NCBI GenBank assembly: GCA_023665865.1
Contig: JAMPDC010000001.1
Location: forward strand, 1,649,910-1,713,909
Direction of reading: 5' to 3'
DNA from: Staphylococcus sp.
GTDB taxonomy: Bacteria; Bacteroidota; Bacteroidia; Bacteroidales; Muribaculaceae
Length of the DNA: 64,000 nt
This document shows, piece by piece, positions 39,042-48,829 of the stretch. The notes beneath the pieces were generated by a model. It was not told where the DNA came from. It did not search any database and worked only from the letters and a program-made list of their open reading frames with translations. The position numbers and the translations under genes were made by a program. Within the stretch, counting starts at the first letter, position 1. Each line of letters begins with the position of its first letter.

Positions 39042-40085
39042 ATGAAGCACAGTGAGTTTTTGAAGTTTATTGCCTATCTGCAGATCATCGGCATAGTTCT
39101 TGTCGTTGTTGGCCATTCTTTTCATGAGTATCCTGACGGGGAGATGGGGCATACGATGCTGCTTTACCGGATGCTCTACAGTTTCCGTATGCCGCTCTTC
39201 ATGTTTGTGTCAGGTTTTCTTATGGTGTTTACCACTGTGCTCAGGAGCGCGACCCCGTCGTGGGGACGCTTTGCTGTTGGAAAATTGCGGCGGCTGTTAT
39301 TGCCGTTTCTTGTGTTGTCGCTTGTCACCTTCGTGCCCCGTGCGGCTATGTCGGGTATGGCTGACGACCATCTCGGGCTGAGTGCCGGTGAGATGTTGAG
39401 ATCTCTTGTCGATGGTTCGTGCCTCGTCATTCCCTATTTTTGGTTTCTTCAAGCGAGTTTCACTCTTCTTATTGTTAGTTACGCCTTACTTCGTGTGGCT
39501 CGGTTGACAGGTGTAGGAGACCGGATAACCTACCCGCTGTTGATTCTCCTTTTTGGCGTTCTTCCATGGGTCGGGCTTGACGATGTCAGATATTTTTCCG
39601 TGTTCATGACGGTGAAACTCGGCGTCTTCTTTGCTCTTGGGGCTGCTTATGCACGCTCGGCATCTATGGTCGACAGGGTGGTGCCATGGACATCACCTTG
39701 GTTTCTTGCGGTGGCGGCCGCTGTCTGGGGGAGCTTGTTTTTCCTGACCGAGACGACTGCCTGGAGTCCACTCTGCTCGCTGGCAGGTATCGCCATGGCT
39801 ATATCGCTTGCGAAGATGCTCGAACACCGGCAGATCGGAGTGCTTGACCATCTGATAGGGGCAAACTATATCATATTCCTGCTGTCGTGGTATTGCAATG
39901 TGCTCACACAGCAGGTACTCCACCACTATGTGGAGCTGCCATGGTGGATCTACACTTTGCTATCGATCTTTTCAGGTATCTATATTCCCTGGCTCTTCTA
40001 CCGCTATATGCTTCGTCACCCTCAGGGGTTTGCCGCACGTTTTGGAGTGAAATTTCTCGGCCAGTCAATAAAAAGCAGGGTCTGA
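39042..40085 (+). CDS. Acyltransferase-3 (OafA-like) membrane O-acyltransferase
   Basis: LVVVGH, FRMPLFMFVSGF, RRLLLP and YFWFL motifs, about 10 TM helices. Confidence 0.85.
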   Translation: MKHSEFLKFIAYLQIIGIVLVVVGHSFHEYPDGEMGHTMLLYRMLYSFRMPLFMFVSGFLMVFTTVLRSATPSWGRFAVGKLRRLLLPFLVLSLVTFVPRAAMSGMADDHLGLSAGEMLRSLVDGSCLVIPYFWFLQASFTLLIVSYALLRVARLTGVGDRITYPLLILLFGVLPWVGLDDVRYFSVFMTVKLGVFFALGAAYARSASMVDRVVPWTSPWFLAVAAAVWGSLFFLTETTAWSPLCSLAGIAMAISLAKMLEHRQIGVLDHLIGANYIIFLLSWYCNVLTQQVLHHYVELPWWIYTLLSIFSGIYIPWLFYRYMLRHPQGFAARFGVKFLGQSIKSRV

Positions 40086-40133
40086 AGGCTTTTGACCTCC
40101 GGACCCTGAATAGTATATGGCTTAAACACCCTC

Positions 40134-41423
40134 TTAATTCTCGAGAGCCTGCTCGATATCCGCGATGATATCGCCAACATCCTCGATGCCGACCGACAGA
40201 CGGATGAGATCGGGAGCCACACCGGCTTCACGCAACTGTTCGTCTGAAAGTTGACGGTGAGTATGGCTGGCGGGATGGAGCACACAGGTGCGTGCATCTG
40301 CGACGTGGGTGACAATGGCTATGAATTTCAGGCGATCCATGAATTTGATGGCATCCTCGCGGGTCCCTTCAAGACCGAAAGCGATGACTCCGCATGAGCC
40401 ATTGGGGAGATACTTCTGTGCGAGGTCGTGATATTTATTGCCGGGGAGGCTGCAATAGTTGACCCATTTGACTTTCGGGTTTGCCTCGAGCCACTTCGCC
40501 ACAGTCATTGCATTCTCACAGTGGCGTGGCATACGGAGATGGAGTGTTTCCAGTCCGAGATTGAGAAGGAAGGCGTTCTGAGGCGACATCATCGAGCCGA
40601 GATCACGCATGAGTTGTGCGACGGCTTTGGTGATATATGCCCCTTTGCCGAACGATTTAGTGTATGTGAGGCCGTGATATGATTCGTCGGGAGTAGTCAA
40701 GCCGGGAAATTTATCGGCATGTTTCTCCCAGTCGAAGTTACCGCTGTCGACGATAGCACCACCGATGCTGACGGCATGGCCATCCATATATTTTGTGGTG
40801 GAGTGGGTGACAATGTCGGCACCCCACTCAAATGGGCGGCAGTTGATGGGGGTCGGGAAGGTGTTGTCAACAATAAGAGGCACTCCGTTGGTGTGTGCGA
40901 TACGGGCAAATTTCTCGATGTCGAGCACCTCGCCTCCGGGATTGGAGATTGTTTCGCCGAAGAGCACCTTGGTGTTGGGGCGGAAAGCTGCCTGGATCTC
41001 CTCTTCGCTTGCGTTGGGATCCACAAACGTGCAGTCGATGCCGAGTTTCTTGAGCGTCACACCAAAAAGATTGTAGGTGCCACCATAGATGTTTGACGAT
41101 GAGACTATGTGGTCGCCGCTCTCACAGATGTTGAACACGGCATAGAAATTAGCTGCCTGTCCTGATGATGTCAGCATGGCGGCGACACCACCTTCGAGTG
41201 CTGCGATCTTGGCTGCGACAGCATCGACTGTAGGGTTTTGAAGGCGGGAATAGAAATAGCCTGAGTCTTCGAGGTCAAAGAGCCGGGCCATCTGCTCGCT
41301 TGTGTCATATTTGAAAGTAGTGCTCTGGATTATGGGAAGCACGCGCGGCTCACCCTTGGCCGGCGTCCATCCGGCCTGTACGCATAGTGTCGAGGGTGAA
41401 TATTTCTTGTCGTTGTTCGTCAT
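40134..41423 (-). CDS. metY: O-acetylhomoserine sulfhydrylase (MetY)
   Basis: Start MTNNDKK (ATG 41423). YSRLQNPT, DNTF, HSTTKY (PLP lysine) and HPASHTHRQL motifs. Confidence 0.92.
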   Translation of the reverse strand: MTNNDKKYSPSTLCVQAGWTPAKGEPRVLPIIQSTTFKYDTSEQMARLFDLEDSGYFYSRLQNPTVDAVAAKIAALEGGVAAMLTSSGQAANFYAVFNICESGDHIVSSSNIYGGTYNLFGVTLKKLGIDCTFVDPNASEEEIQAAFRPNTKVLFGETISNPGGEVLDIEKFARIAHTNGVPLIVDNTFPTPINCRPFEWGADIVTHSTTKYMDGHAVSIGGAIVDSGNFDWEKHADKFPGLTTPDESYHGLTYTKSFGKGAYITKAVAQLMRDLGSMMSPQNAFLLNLGLETLHLRMPRHCENAMTVAKWLEANPKVKWVNYCSLPGNKYHDLAQKYLPNGSCGVIAFGLEGTREDAIKFMDRLKFIAIVTHVADARTCVLHPASHTHRQLSDEQLREAGVAPDLIRLSVGIEDVGDIIADIEQALEN

Positions 41424-41469
41424 CTGAAAAGTAATCTGTGTAAATGATTGAAATAGCACGGGGATAAAT

Positions 41470-41517
41470 CAAAGGCCTCCCTTTTGAAAAAATGATTTTT
41501 CATAGGGGAAGCCTTTG
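41470..41517 (-). terminator. Hairpin after rplT
   Basis: Minus strand: caaaggcttcccct..tgaaaa / ttttca..agggaggcctttg, followed by attt. Confidence 0.65.
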
Positions 41518-41544
41518 GTTTGGTATGGCTAATGTAAGTTTGCC

Positions 41545-41895
41545 TTAGGCATTCTTAACTTTGTCAACGATAGCCTTGAAAGCGGCGGGATTGTTGAGCG
41601 CGAGGTCAGCGAGGACTTTGCGGTTGATCTCGATGCCGGCTTTGTGGATGAGGCCCATGAGCTTAGAGTAAGAAAGATCTTCAAGGCGGGCAGCTGCGTT
41701 GATACGCTGGATCCAGAGGGCACGGAAGTTGCGCTTCTTGTCCTTGCGGTCACGGTAAGCGTAGGTGAGACCCTTTTCCCAGGTGTTCTTGGCTACGGTC
41801 CACACGTTGCGGCGGCAACCGAAGTAACCACGGGTGAGTTTAAGGATTTTTTTGCGGCGAGCTCTTGAAGCTACATGATTTACTGATCTTGGCAT
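41545..41895 (-). CDS. rplT: 50S ribosomal protein L20
   Basis: [28 protein letters not shown] and [10 protein letters not shown] motifs. Confidence 0.99.
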   Translation of the reverse strand: MPRSVNHVASRARRKKILKLTRGYFGCRRNVWTVAKNTWEKGLTYAYRDRKDKKRNFRALWIQRINAAARLEDLSYSKLMGLIHKAGIEINRKVLADLALNNPAAFKAIVDKVKNA

Positions 41896-42025
41896 TTTAA
41901 AAATGGATTGTGAACGTCAGCGGCACGTCAATGCACTTAGATTCATTTTTTAGGTGGCTGTCCGTTCGGTTAAAGAATTGAATTAGAAATCACGATTTTA
42001 ATTACAAGTGAAAACCGGGCCTTTC

Positions 42026-42223
42026 TTACTTGAGGGCGAGGAGCTCCTTAACGTTTGAAGCGTCGCAGTTGGCAACGAGTGAGAAGTGAGTCAGGTTGCG
42101 TTTCTGCTTTTTGGTCTTCTTGGTCAAGATGTGGCTCTTGAAGGCGTGTTTTCTCTTGATCTTTCCTGATCCGGTAAGGGCGAACCTCTTTTTGGCACCG
42201 GAGTTAGTCTTAATCTTTGGCAT
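42026..42223 (-). CDS. rpmI: 50S ribosomal protein L35
   Basis: [14 protein letters not shown]. Confidence 0.99.
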   Translation of the reverse strand: MPKIKTNSGAKKRFALTGSGKIKRKHAFKSHILTKKTKKQKRNLTHFSLVANCDASNVKELLALK

Positions 42224-42302
42224 TTGTTGTGATTGTTAAATAATGATTTTAATTCTATGTAGTGGCCGCCGGCCGGAGCCGGCGACACGCTTTTAGCTTG
42301 GT

Positions 42303-42887
42303 TTATTTTTTCTTGGGGCTGAGCATGATGATCATGCGCTTGCCTTCGAGGACAGGCATCTGATCAACTTTGCCATATTCCTCAAGGTCATTGGCAAAAC
42401 GGAGCAGGAGCACCTCGCCTTGTTCCTTGAAGAGGATGGAGCGTCCCTTGAAGAAAACGTAGGCTTTCACCTTGGCGCCTTCCTGAAGGAAGCCGATGGC
42501 ATGCTTGAGCTTGAAGTTGTAGTCATGGTCATCGGTCTGAGGTCCGAAACGGATCTCCTTGACTACTACCTTGGTCGCTTTTGCCTTCTGTTCCTTCTGG
42601 CGTTTCTTCTGCTGATAGAGGAACTTCTGGTAGTCGAGCACTCGGCAGACCGGGGGCTCGGCGGTCGGTGAGATCTCGATGAGGTCGAGACCGAGACCGT
42701 CGGCGATTTTCAATGCCTCCTGGATGGGGTAGACGCCTGTCTCAACGTTGTCGCCAACCAGTCGCACTTCACGTGCGCGGATGTGCTCGTTGATAGCGTA
42801 TGGTTCCTCTTTACGACTATTGGGAAGAGGGCGGCGAGGGCCGTTGTTGGGGCGCGGTGGGCGCGGGGCGAAAGGTTTTTTCTCCAT
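42303..42887 (-). CDS. infC: Translation initiation factor IF-3
   Basis: [18 protein letters not shown] and [13 protein letters not shown] motifs. Confidence 0.98.
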   Translation of the reverse strand: MEKKPFAPRPPRPNNGPRRPLPNSRKEEPYAINEHIRAREVRLVGDNVETGVYPIQEALKIADGLGLDLIEISPTAEPPVCRVLDYQKFLYQQKKRQKEQKAKATKVVVKEIRFGPQTDDHDYNFKLKHAIGFLQEGAKVKAYVFFKGRSILFKEQGEVLLLRFANDLEEYGKVDQMPVLEGKRMIIMLSPKKK

Positions 42888-42896
42888 TCAGGGGGG

Positions 42897-44840
42897 TTAT
42901 TGATTAATCATTTCGTTGACTTCTTGAGCCAAATCGTCTGCAAAGGTAGCAATTTTCATCGAACCTTTATCACCTTCACCCTGTTTTCTTACAGAAATTT
43001 CACCATTTTCAGCTTCTTTTTCACCGACAATGAGCATGTAGGGTATTCTTTTGAGCTCGTTGTCACGAATTTTCTTGCCGATTTTTTCATTTCTGTCGTC
43101 AACTTGGGTACGGATGTCGAGGGCGTTGAGCTGCTTGGCCACCTCGTAAGCGTAGTCGTTGAACTTCTCAGAGATAGGAAGGACCACAGCCTGCTGCGGG
43201 GCGAGCCAGAGGGGGAAGCGGCCGGCGGTGTGTTCGAGAAGCACGGCGACAAAGCGCTCCATCGAGCCGAAGGGGGCGCGGTGGATCATCACCGGACGGT
43301 GCTTCTGGTTGTCAGAGCCGGTGTATTCGAGCTGGAAGCGTTCGGGGAGGTTGTAGTCAACCTGGATCGTACCGAGCTGCCACTTGCGGCCGAGAGCATC
43401 CTTGACCATGAAGTCGAGTTTCGGACCGTAGAAAGCGGCTTCGCCATATTCCTTGCGGGCTTTGAGGCCTTTCTCCTCGCAGGCGTCGATGATGGCCTGC
43501 TCTGCGAGATGCCAGTTTTCGTCGGAGCCGATATATTTCTCCTTGTTGTTGGGATCGCGGAGCGAGATCTGAGCTTCGAAGTTGTCAAATTTGAGCGCCT
43601 TGAAGATGTAGAAGATGATATCCATCACCTTGAGGAACTCTCCCTTGATCTGGTCGGGTGCGCAGTAGATGTGGGCGTCATCCTGCGTGAAACCTCTCAC
43701 GCGGGTCAGGCCGTGGAGTTCGCCACTCTGCTCGTAGCGGTAGACGGTGCCGAATTCTGCAAGGCGCAGGGGCAGGTCACGGTAGCTGCGGGGGAGTGCG
43801 CGGAAAATCTCGCAGTGGTGAGGGCAGTTCATCGGTTTGAGCAGGTATTCCTCGCCCTCCTCAGGTGTGTGGATGGGCTGGAAGGAGTCCTTGCCATATT
43901 TTGCATAGTGGCCTGAGGTCACATAGAGATTTTTGTTGCCGATATGGGGAGTGATGACCTGCTGGTAGCCATACTGCTTCTGGATCTTGCGGAGGAACTG
44001 CTCAAGGCGGTCGCGGAGAGCTGTGCCTTTCGGGAGCCAGAGGGGAAGACCTGCGCCGACGTTCTGGGAGAAGGCGAAGAGTTCCATTTCCTTACCGAGC
44101 TTACGGTGGTCACGCTTCTTGGCTTCTTCGAGGAGCACGAGATATTCGTCGAGCATCTTTTTCTTTGGGAAAGTGATGCCATAGACTCTGACGAGCTGGT
44201 TGCGCTTCTCGTCGCCACGCCAGTAGGCACCGGCGAGTGAAGTCACCTTGACAGCCTTGATGGGAGCTGTGTTGGGGATGTGCGGGCCACGGCAGAGGTC
44301 AGTGAAAGAGCCCTGGGTATAGGTGGTGATGTGGCCATCCTCAAGTTCGCTGATGAGTTCACACTTGTATTCTTCGCCACGGTCACCGAAGAGCTTGAGA
44401 GCGTCGGCTTTCGAGATGTCAGCGCGCACGATCTCCTGCTTCTGCTGGGCGAGCTCGAGCATCTTTTTCTCGATGCGGGGGAAGTCGGCCGAAGTGATGG
44501 TGTGCTCACCCGGATCGATGTCGTAATAGAAGCCGTTTTCGATAGCCGGGCCGATGCCGAATTTCACTCCGGGGAAGAGTTCCTGGAGAGCTTCGGCGAG
44601 AAGGTGGGCCGACGAGTGCCAGAAAGCGTGCTTGCCTTCGGGATCATCCCATTTGAAAAGACGGATTGACGCATCCTCGGTGATAGGACGTGAGATGTCC
44701 CACTCCTTGTCGTTGACAGTTGCGGCGAGGATGTCGCGTGCGAGTTGTGACGACAGAGATTCTGCAATCTGGAGGGGAGTGACGCCGCTCTCAAACTGCT
44801 TCACACTCTGGTCGGGGAAGGTGATATTGATTGTTGCCAT
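42897..44840 (-). CDS. thrS: Threonine--tRNA ligase
   Basis: TGS domain, [29 protein letters not shown] and HRAPFGS motifs. Confidence 0.99.
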   Translation of the reverse strand: MATINITFPDQSVKQFESGVTPLQIAESLSSQLARDILAATVNDKEWDISRPITEDASIRLFKWDDPEGKHAFWHSSAHLLAEALQELFPGVKFGIGPAIENGFYYDIDPGEHTITSADFPRIEKKMLELAQQKQEIVRADISKADALKLFGDRGEEYKCELISELEDGHITTYTQGSFTDLCRGPHIPNTAPIKAVKVTSLAGAYWRGDEKRNQLVRVYGITFPKKKMLDEYLVLLEEAKKRDHRKLGKEMELFAFSQNVGAGLPLWLPKGTALRDRLEQFLRKIQKQYGYQQVITPHIGNKNLYVTSGHYAKYGKDSFQPIHTPEEGEEYLLKPMNCPHHCEIFRALPRSYRDLPLRLAEFGTVYRYEQSGELHGLTRVRGFTQDDAHIYCAPDQIKGEFLKVMDIIFYIFKALKFDNFEAQISLRDPNNKEKYIGSDENWHLAEQAIIDACEEKGLKARKEYGEAAFYGPKLDFMVKDALGRKWQLGTIQVDYNLPERFQLEYTGSDNQKHRPVMIHRAPFGSMERFVAVLLEHTAGRFPLWLAPQQAVVLPISEKFNDYAYEVAKQLNALDIRTQVDDRNEKIGKKIRDNELKRIPYMLIVGEKEAENGEISVRKQGEGDKGSMKIATFADDLAQEVNEMINQ

Positions 44841-45007
44841 TAGTTAATGTGGTGTTTTGGGGAGCCATACGAGCGACTCCTATTATTTTTCAGCTTGCAA
44901 AGATATGAAATATTTCTTGAAAGACACCTTATAATATCATGAAAAATCAGCAGGTAAGCCCCAAATTCGTTTAAACTCATTCCTCCATAGATCTCTTGGC
45001 GCCGCAT

Positions 45008-47548
45008 TTATTGCAGGATACCTGAGGAGGATGAGTTGGAAATGGAAGGCTCGTCGCCTCGTTTCACCTTCTTTCCAAAACCGAAAGTATATGTCGCGGA
45101 TATCTGGACAAGTGCATGGCTATGGCCGTTATAGAGTTGTTCACGTGTGTCATACCACTTGCTCTGCATCTCCTGGATCTCACTACGCCAATTCCATCGG
45201 GTGAAGTTGACGATGTTGGCTTTCACATTCCAGTCGGAATTTGACCACCCGATAGCTACATACCATTCACTCTTTTTTTGGGTCCAGATACCGTTGACGC
45301 TTCCATCCGGACCGCCGGACTCGGAGATGTAGGTCAAGGCAAAATTCCAGTTACCAAGATAATAGCGCGCCTGGGCGTATCCATATATGCAAGAGTGGTT
45401 GATGTCGTATGGACGGCCGTTGTGGTTGAGCACTTGTGCGACTGAGGCTGTAAATGCCAGGCTCCTGTTGAGAAATCTTGCAGTACCTTTTATTCCGTAT
45501 CTCCCCTGTGCATATACACCGGCCGGTTGGCTAATTGTGCGGAGTATGCCATCGGGTGTTGCTTCATAATTGAAGGCATATCGGTCGCCGACAAACCATC
45601 CGGATGCGAAAGCCGAAAAACTGAAGTTATTGCTTGGAATCCAAGTGTAATTCAAATTGAAATCATAGCTTTTGAGCGGTATGAGATGCGGGTTGCCGGT
45701 ATATTTTAGGAATGGGGAAGATGTGATGACGTTTTCACTCTTGAAACTTGGCAGAGGTTGCTTGGTGCTGTAGTGGAAGTCGGCGGTGAAGGAATGTTTT
45801 TTCCTAAGGGTGTATTGTAGGGAGATGTCGAAAGATGGGCGCGATGGCTTCTCGACAGTTTCGCTAAATTCCAATCTATCCCAGTCATAACCGAAGCCGA
45901 GAGTGGCATATAGATTGTTTGTATTGATGCTGTAGGAAATGCCAAGCCCCAATCTCGACGATTTGATCCTGTCGAAGGAGGACGCGGAACCATAGTATCT
46001 AGTGCGGTTATACTCGTGGTTGCCGTTCATGTAGGCTATAAGATTTCCGTATTGTCCGAAATTATGACTGAATTTAAGCGAACCCTTTATCTGTGAAGTG
46101 TTGTCATCAGCACTATTGATGATTTTCGAGAAACCTTCTTCTATATAGGCTGAATTTGTTTCGCTATGTGTGAATACATAGGATGGTGTGAATGAAAGAG
46201 TGTTTTCTCTCGGAAGAACGAAGAAGTAATAGCCGCTGTAGGCGAGAAACCTCGAGTTTTTATCTGATGTAGAATCGTAGTTCGATGTCGCAAACTGCTC
46301 GGTGTCATAGGTTACGATGCCATTGCTGTCAGAATGGGGGACTGTGTTGACGCTTGCGTTGAATTGGGATGATGCCTGGATTTTGTCAGAATGATAGGAT
46401 GCCCTCAGAGCTGCGAAATACTGTTGGTTCTCTGTCTTTGACGAGAGAGTCTTGGATGTGCGGTCAAAAGTTTGTTCACCGCCATCTTCCTTAGGTAATC
46501 TGAAGGTTTCCCGGAGGTTGGAGCCGTAATGACTGTTGTTCATATTAAAGCCGTAGCCCATTATATCATAAGTCATTTTCTTGTACTGCAATTTCATATT
46601 GCCCAAAAGTTGTTCCGAAAAACTGATGAGGTTGACATGGCTGAAACCTTTGATATAACCGCCATACTCATATTGTTGCATTATAAAATTGACTGCATAC
46701 GGCTCCCCTTGCAGACGAGGGTCGGATGGATACTGATAGAACTCTACTCTTTTGACATCTGCTATCCTCATAGCTTTCAAGTCGTTTTCAGAGGCGGGAA
46801 TGTAGTCGATGAAGGCGGCGACTGGCTTTCCGGTATTTGTCTTGATGCTTCCGCCAGTGATTGCATCGAGCTGTGGTATGGCCATGTGAGCAAGCAGGTC
46901 GGCGCCAGACTGCGATGCGTTTTTATGACGTTGGGTTGGAATATAGACAGACCGGTCGGTCAGGAGGCGTGCATTTTCGGCTTCAACTTTTACCTCGTTC
47001 AGTTTGATTGCTTGCTCAGATACTATTACAGTCCCGACGTTATAGGAATTACACCTATGATAGGTAGTCTGATAGCCTATGCATGAAATCTTGGCCAGGA
47101 CATCTTTCCGATCGCAGGGAATTGAAAAACTACCATTGCCGTCAGTGATACCATAAGTGATGACAGTTGAATCCCTGGGCGTGAGGAGCAGGACTGTAGC
47201 AGCGGCAACAGGTTCGTGGTCCGTCCCGACAACCTGACCGTTATAGATAAATTTCCCGTGCTGGAGCGCTTCGATATAGAAGGAGTTTTTATTACGGGTG
47301 ACACTTATCGGATTGAAACCGATGATACGGCGAAGGGCGCAATAGAGATCATCTGTGTCTATGTGGGCGGAAGTTTGGTAGTTGTCAAGCTCCTTGTAGA
47401 TAAAAGCGATGCTTATGTCTGGGTGATCGTGTCCCAGTCGGATGAGCGCTTGCGATACAGGAGTGTCCTTGAAAGTGTAGGAATACTTTTTGGCCCCTAT
47501 TGGCATGACCACAGCGAGGGTTATAAAGATAACTAAAATCTGTCGCAT
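45008..47548 (-). CDS. Outer-membrane receptor: signalling (STN-like) domain, carboxypeptidase-regulatory-like domain and beta-barrel
   Basis: Signal peptide, STN-like N-terminus, GQVV...VAAATV...TDGNGSF..ISCIGY, LNEVKV, VNFI plug motif, GNPHL, and a YTFGFGKK end. Confidence 0.7.
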   Translation of the reverse strand: MRQILVIFITLAVVMPIGAKKYSYTFKDTPVSQALIRLGHDHPDISIAFIYKELDNYQTSAHIDTDDLYCALRRIIGFNPISVTRNKNSFYIEALQHGKFIYNGQVVGTDHEPVAAATVLLLTPRDSTVITYGITDGNGSFSIPCDRKDVLAKISCIGYQTTYHRCNSYNVGTVIVSEQAIKLNEVKVEAENARLLTDRSVYIPTQRHKNASQSGADLLAHMAIPQLDAITGGSIKTNTGKPVAAFIDYIPASENDLKAMRIADVKRVEFYQYPSDPRLQGEPYAVNFIMQQYEYGGYIKGFSHVNLISFSEQLLGNMKLQYKKMTYDIMGYGFNMNNSHYGSNLRETFRLPKEDGGEQTFDRTSKTLSSKTENQQYFAALRASYHSDKIQASSQFNASVNTVPHSDSNGIVTYDTEQFATSNYDSTSDKNSRFLAYSGYYFFVLPRENTLSFTPSYVFTHSETNSAYIEEGFSKIINSADDNTSQIKGSLKFSHNFGQYGNLIAYMNGNHEYNRTRYYGSASSFDRIKSSRLGLGISYSINTNNLYATLGFGYDWDRLEFSETVEKPSRPSFDISLQYTLRKKHSFTADFHYSTKQPLPSFKSENVITSSPFLKYTGNPHLIPLKSYDFNLNYTWIPSNNFSFSAFASGWFVGDRYAFNYEATPDGILRTISQPAGVYAQGRYGIKGTARFLNRSLAFTASVAQVLNHNGRPYDINHSCIYGYAQARYYLGNWNFALTYISESGGPDGSVNGIWTQKKSEWYVAIGWSNSDWNVKANIVNFTRWNWRSEIQEMQSKWYDTREQLYNGHSHALVQISATYTFGFGKKVKRGDEPSISNSSSSGILQ

Positions 47549-47551
47549 GGT

Positions 47552-48190
47552 TTAGTCGATTATTAAAGTTGTTCCGTCAAGACGGATGTTGAGTTGCTCA
47601 AACGAGTTGAGTTGCTCCACGATATCGCCAATACCTAAAGTTGGGTCGTATTTATAATAGAGATGTAGGGTCGCCGCTTCAGGATTCCTGTATTCAAGGG
47701 TCAGCCCGTGCTGTCGGGCCAGGGCTTTGAGGATTGTGTCGAGTGATTCATCTTCAAACAATACAGGAGTAACGATCGCCGGTATGGAATCATTTGTCAC
47801 AGCGACTGAGTCTTTGCATACAACGGTTGTTGGCAGTGCTGTATCCTTCTCCGCAGTCTTTGTCTCGCGTCTACTCTCTGAAAAATTGAGAGCGATGGTG
47901 GTCCCGATGGCAAGGGCGGCGATGGATGTGAGGGTCACGACAGCGATGGAAGCAGCGCGTCCTCCGAGATGCAGCAGGCGGAACCGTTTACGGAAATTAC
48001 GGCAGTTAAATGTTTCCCACTCCGCATCGACATCCGCACTGATGTTTTTGGACTTAAGTGTGGATTCAGACTTGCACAGGAGATTATAGATCTCGCGGGT
48101 TTCCGGATCGGCAAGGATTTTGGCTATCTGCGAGGAAGAGTAGTGTTCGGGACGCTCGATAAGGTCAAGCACGATGTCATACTTATCCAT
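47552..48190 (-). CDS. Short FecR-like anti-sigma factor (single TM, FecR C-terminal/DUF4974-like domain)
   Basis: DVDAEWETF, TM after RAASIAV, then FEDESLDTILKALARQHG. Overlaps the ECF stop codon. Confidence 0.75.
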   Translation of the reverse strand: MDKYDIVLDLIERPEHYSSSQIAKILADPETREIYNLLCKSESTLKSKNISADVDAEWETFNCRNFRKRFRLLHLGGRAASIAVVTLTSIAALAIGTTIALNFSESRRETKTAEKDTALPTTVVCKDSVAVTNDSIPAIVTPVLFEDESLDTILKALARQHGLTLEYRNPEAATLHLYYKYDPTLGIGDIVEQLNSFEQLNIRLDGTTLIID

Positions 48191-48683
48191 TTTGATTGAG
48201 ATTCTTACGGATTATTACTAATGCCTGACGGACATGCTTGTAGACGGCATTTTCGCTGATTCCTAATGTCGATGCCACTTTTGAGAACCGGAGTCCGTCG
48301 ATAAAGCGCAGCTCCATCACTCTCTTGCATTGTGGAGTGAGGTCTCCATTTATGATCTGGTAGATTCGTACTATTGTTTCGTCATCGGGCCAGTCTTCGG
48401 AGTCATACTCGTCATTTTCAAGAAAGTATCTGTTGGTCACACGCTCGCGTGTCCCCATGTCGCGGATTAGATTGAGGCAACGGTTACGGACGGCCGAGAG
48501 AAGATAGGCAGTCCCCGGGACATCAGGCATGTTTCTTTTTCGGGCATCATCAAGCAGGGTGGCAAACACATCATGGACGAGGTCGCGTGCGGAGTCTTCG
48601 TCGTGCAGAAGCCCAACGGCCAACCGGAGCATCTGTAGGTAATGTGTTTTAAACAGCTTTTCTATGTCGTTCATGTTCATCAT
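48183..48683 (-). CDS. ECF sigma factor
   Basis: DLVHDVF, YLLSAVRNRCLN and VASTLGISENAVYKH motifs. Confidence 0.9.
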   Translation of the reverse strand: MMNMNDIEKLFKTHYLQMLRLAVGLLHDEDSARDLVHDVFATLLDDARKRNMPDVPGTAYLLSAVRNRCLNLIRDMGTRERVTNRYFLENDEYDSEDWPDDETIVRIYQIINGDLTPQCKRVMELRFIDGLRFSKVASTLGISENAVYKHVRQALVIIRKNLNQNG

Positions 48684-48829
48684 ACATTAATTAGACACAC
48701 AAGTTCCCATTTACTAAACCTCAACTGACAATTTTTTTAATCTTTCAAAAATTAGCCGTTATGTGCCGTTGGCAAAAGTACGCAAATCCTGCAAAACACG
48801 CGACTTTTTTCACTACCTTTGCAGTCACG

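Noticed and set aside
41424-41544. Bacteroidales-1 RNA downstream of rplT, or a SAM riboswitch for metY
   Set aside because: Only ~120 nt, mostly one hairpin, with no promoter or aptamer core recognised.
42783-43916. 377-aa ORF antisense to thrS (likewise 61349-62062 against ribBA and 2004-2468 against GH28)
   Set aside because: Antisense shadows of conserved genes.
44900-48760. The ECF trio as a mobile element
   Set aside because: I found no integrase, transposase, terminal repeats or target-site duplication.
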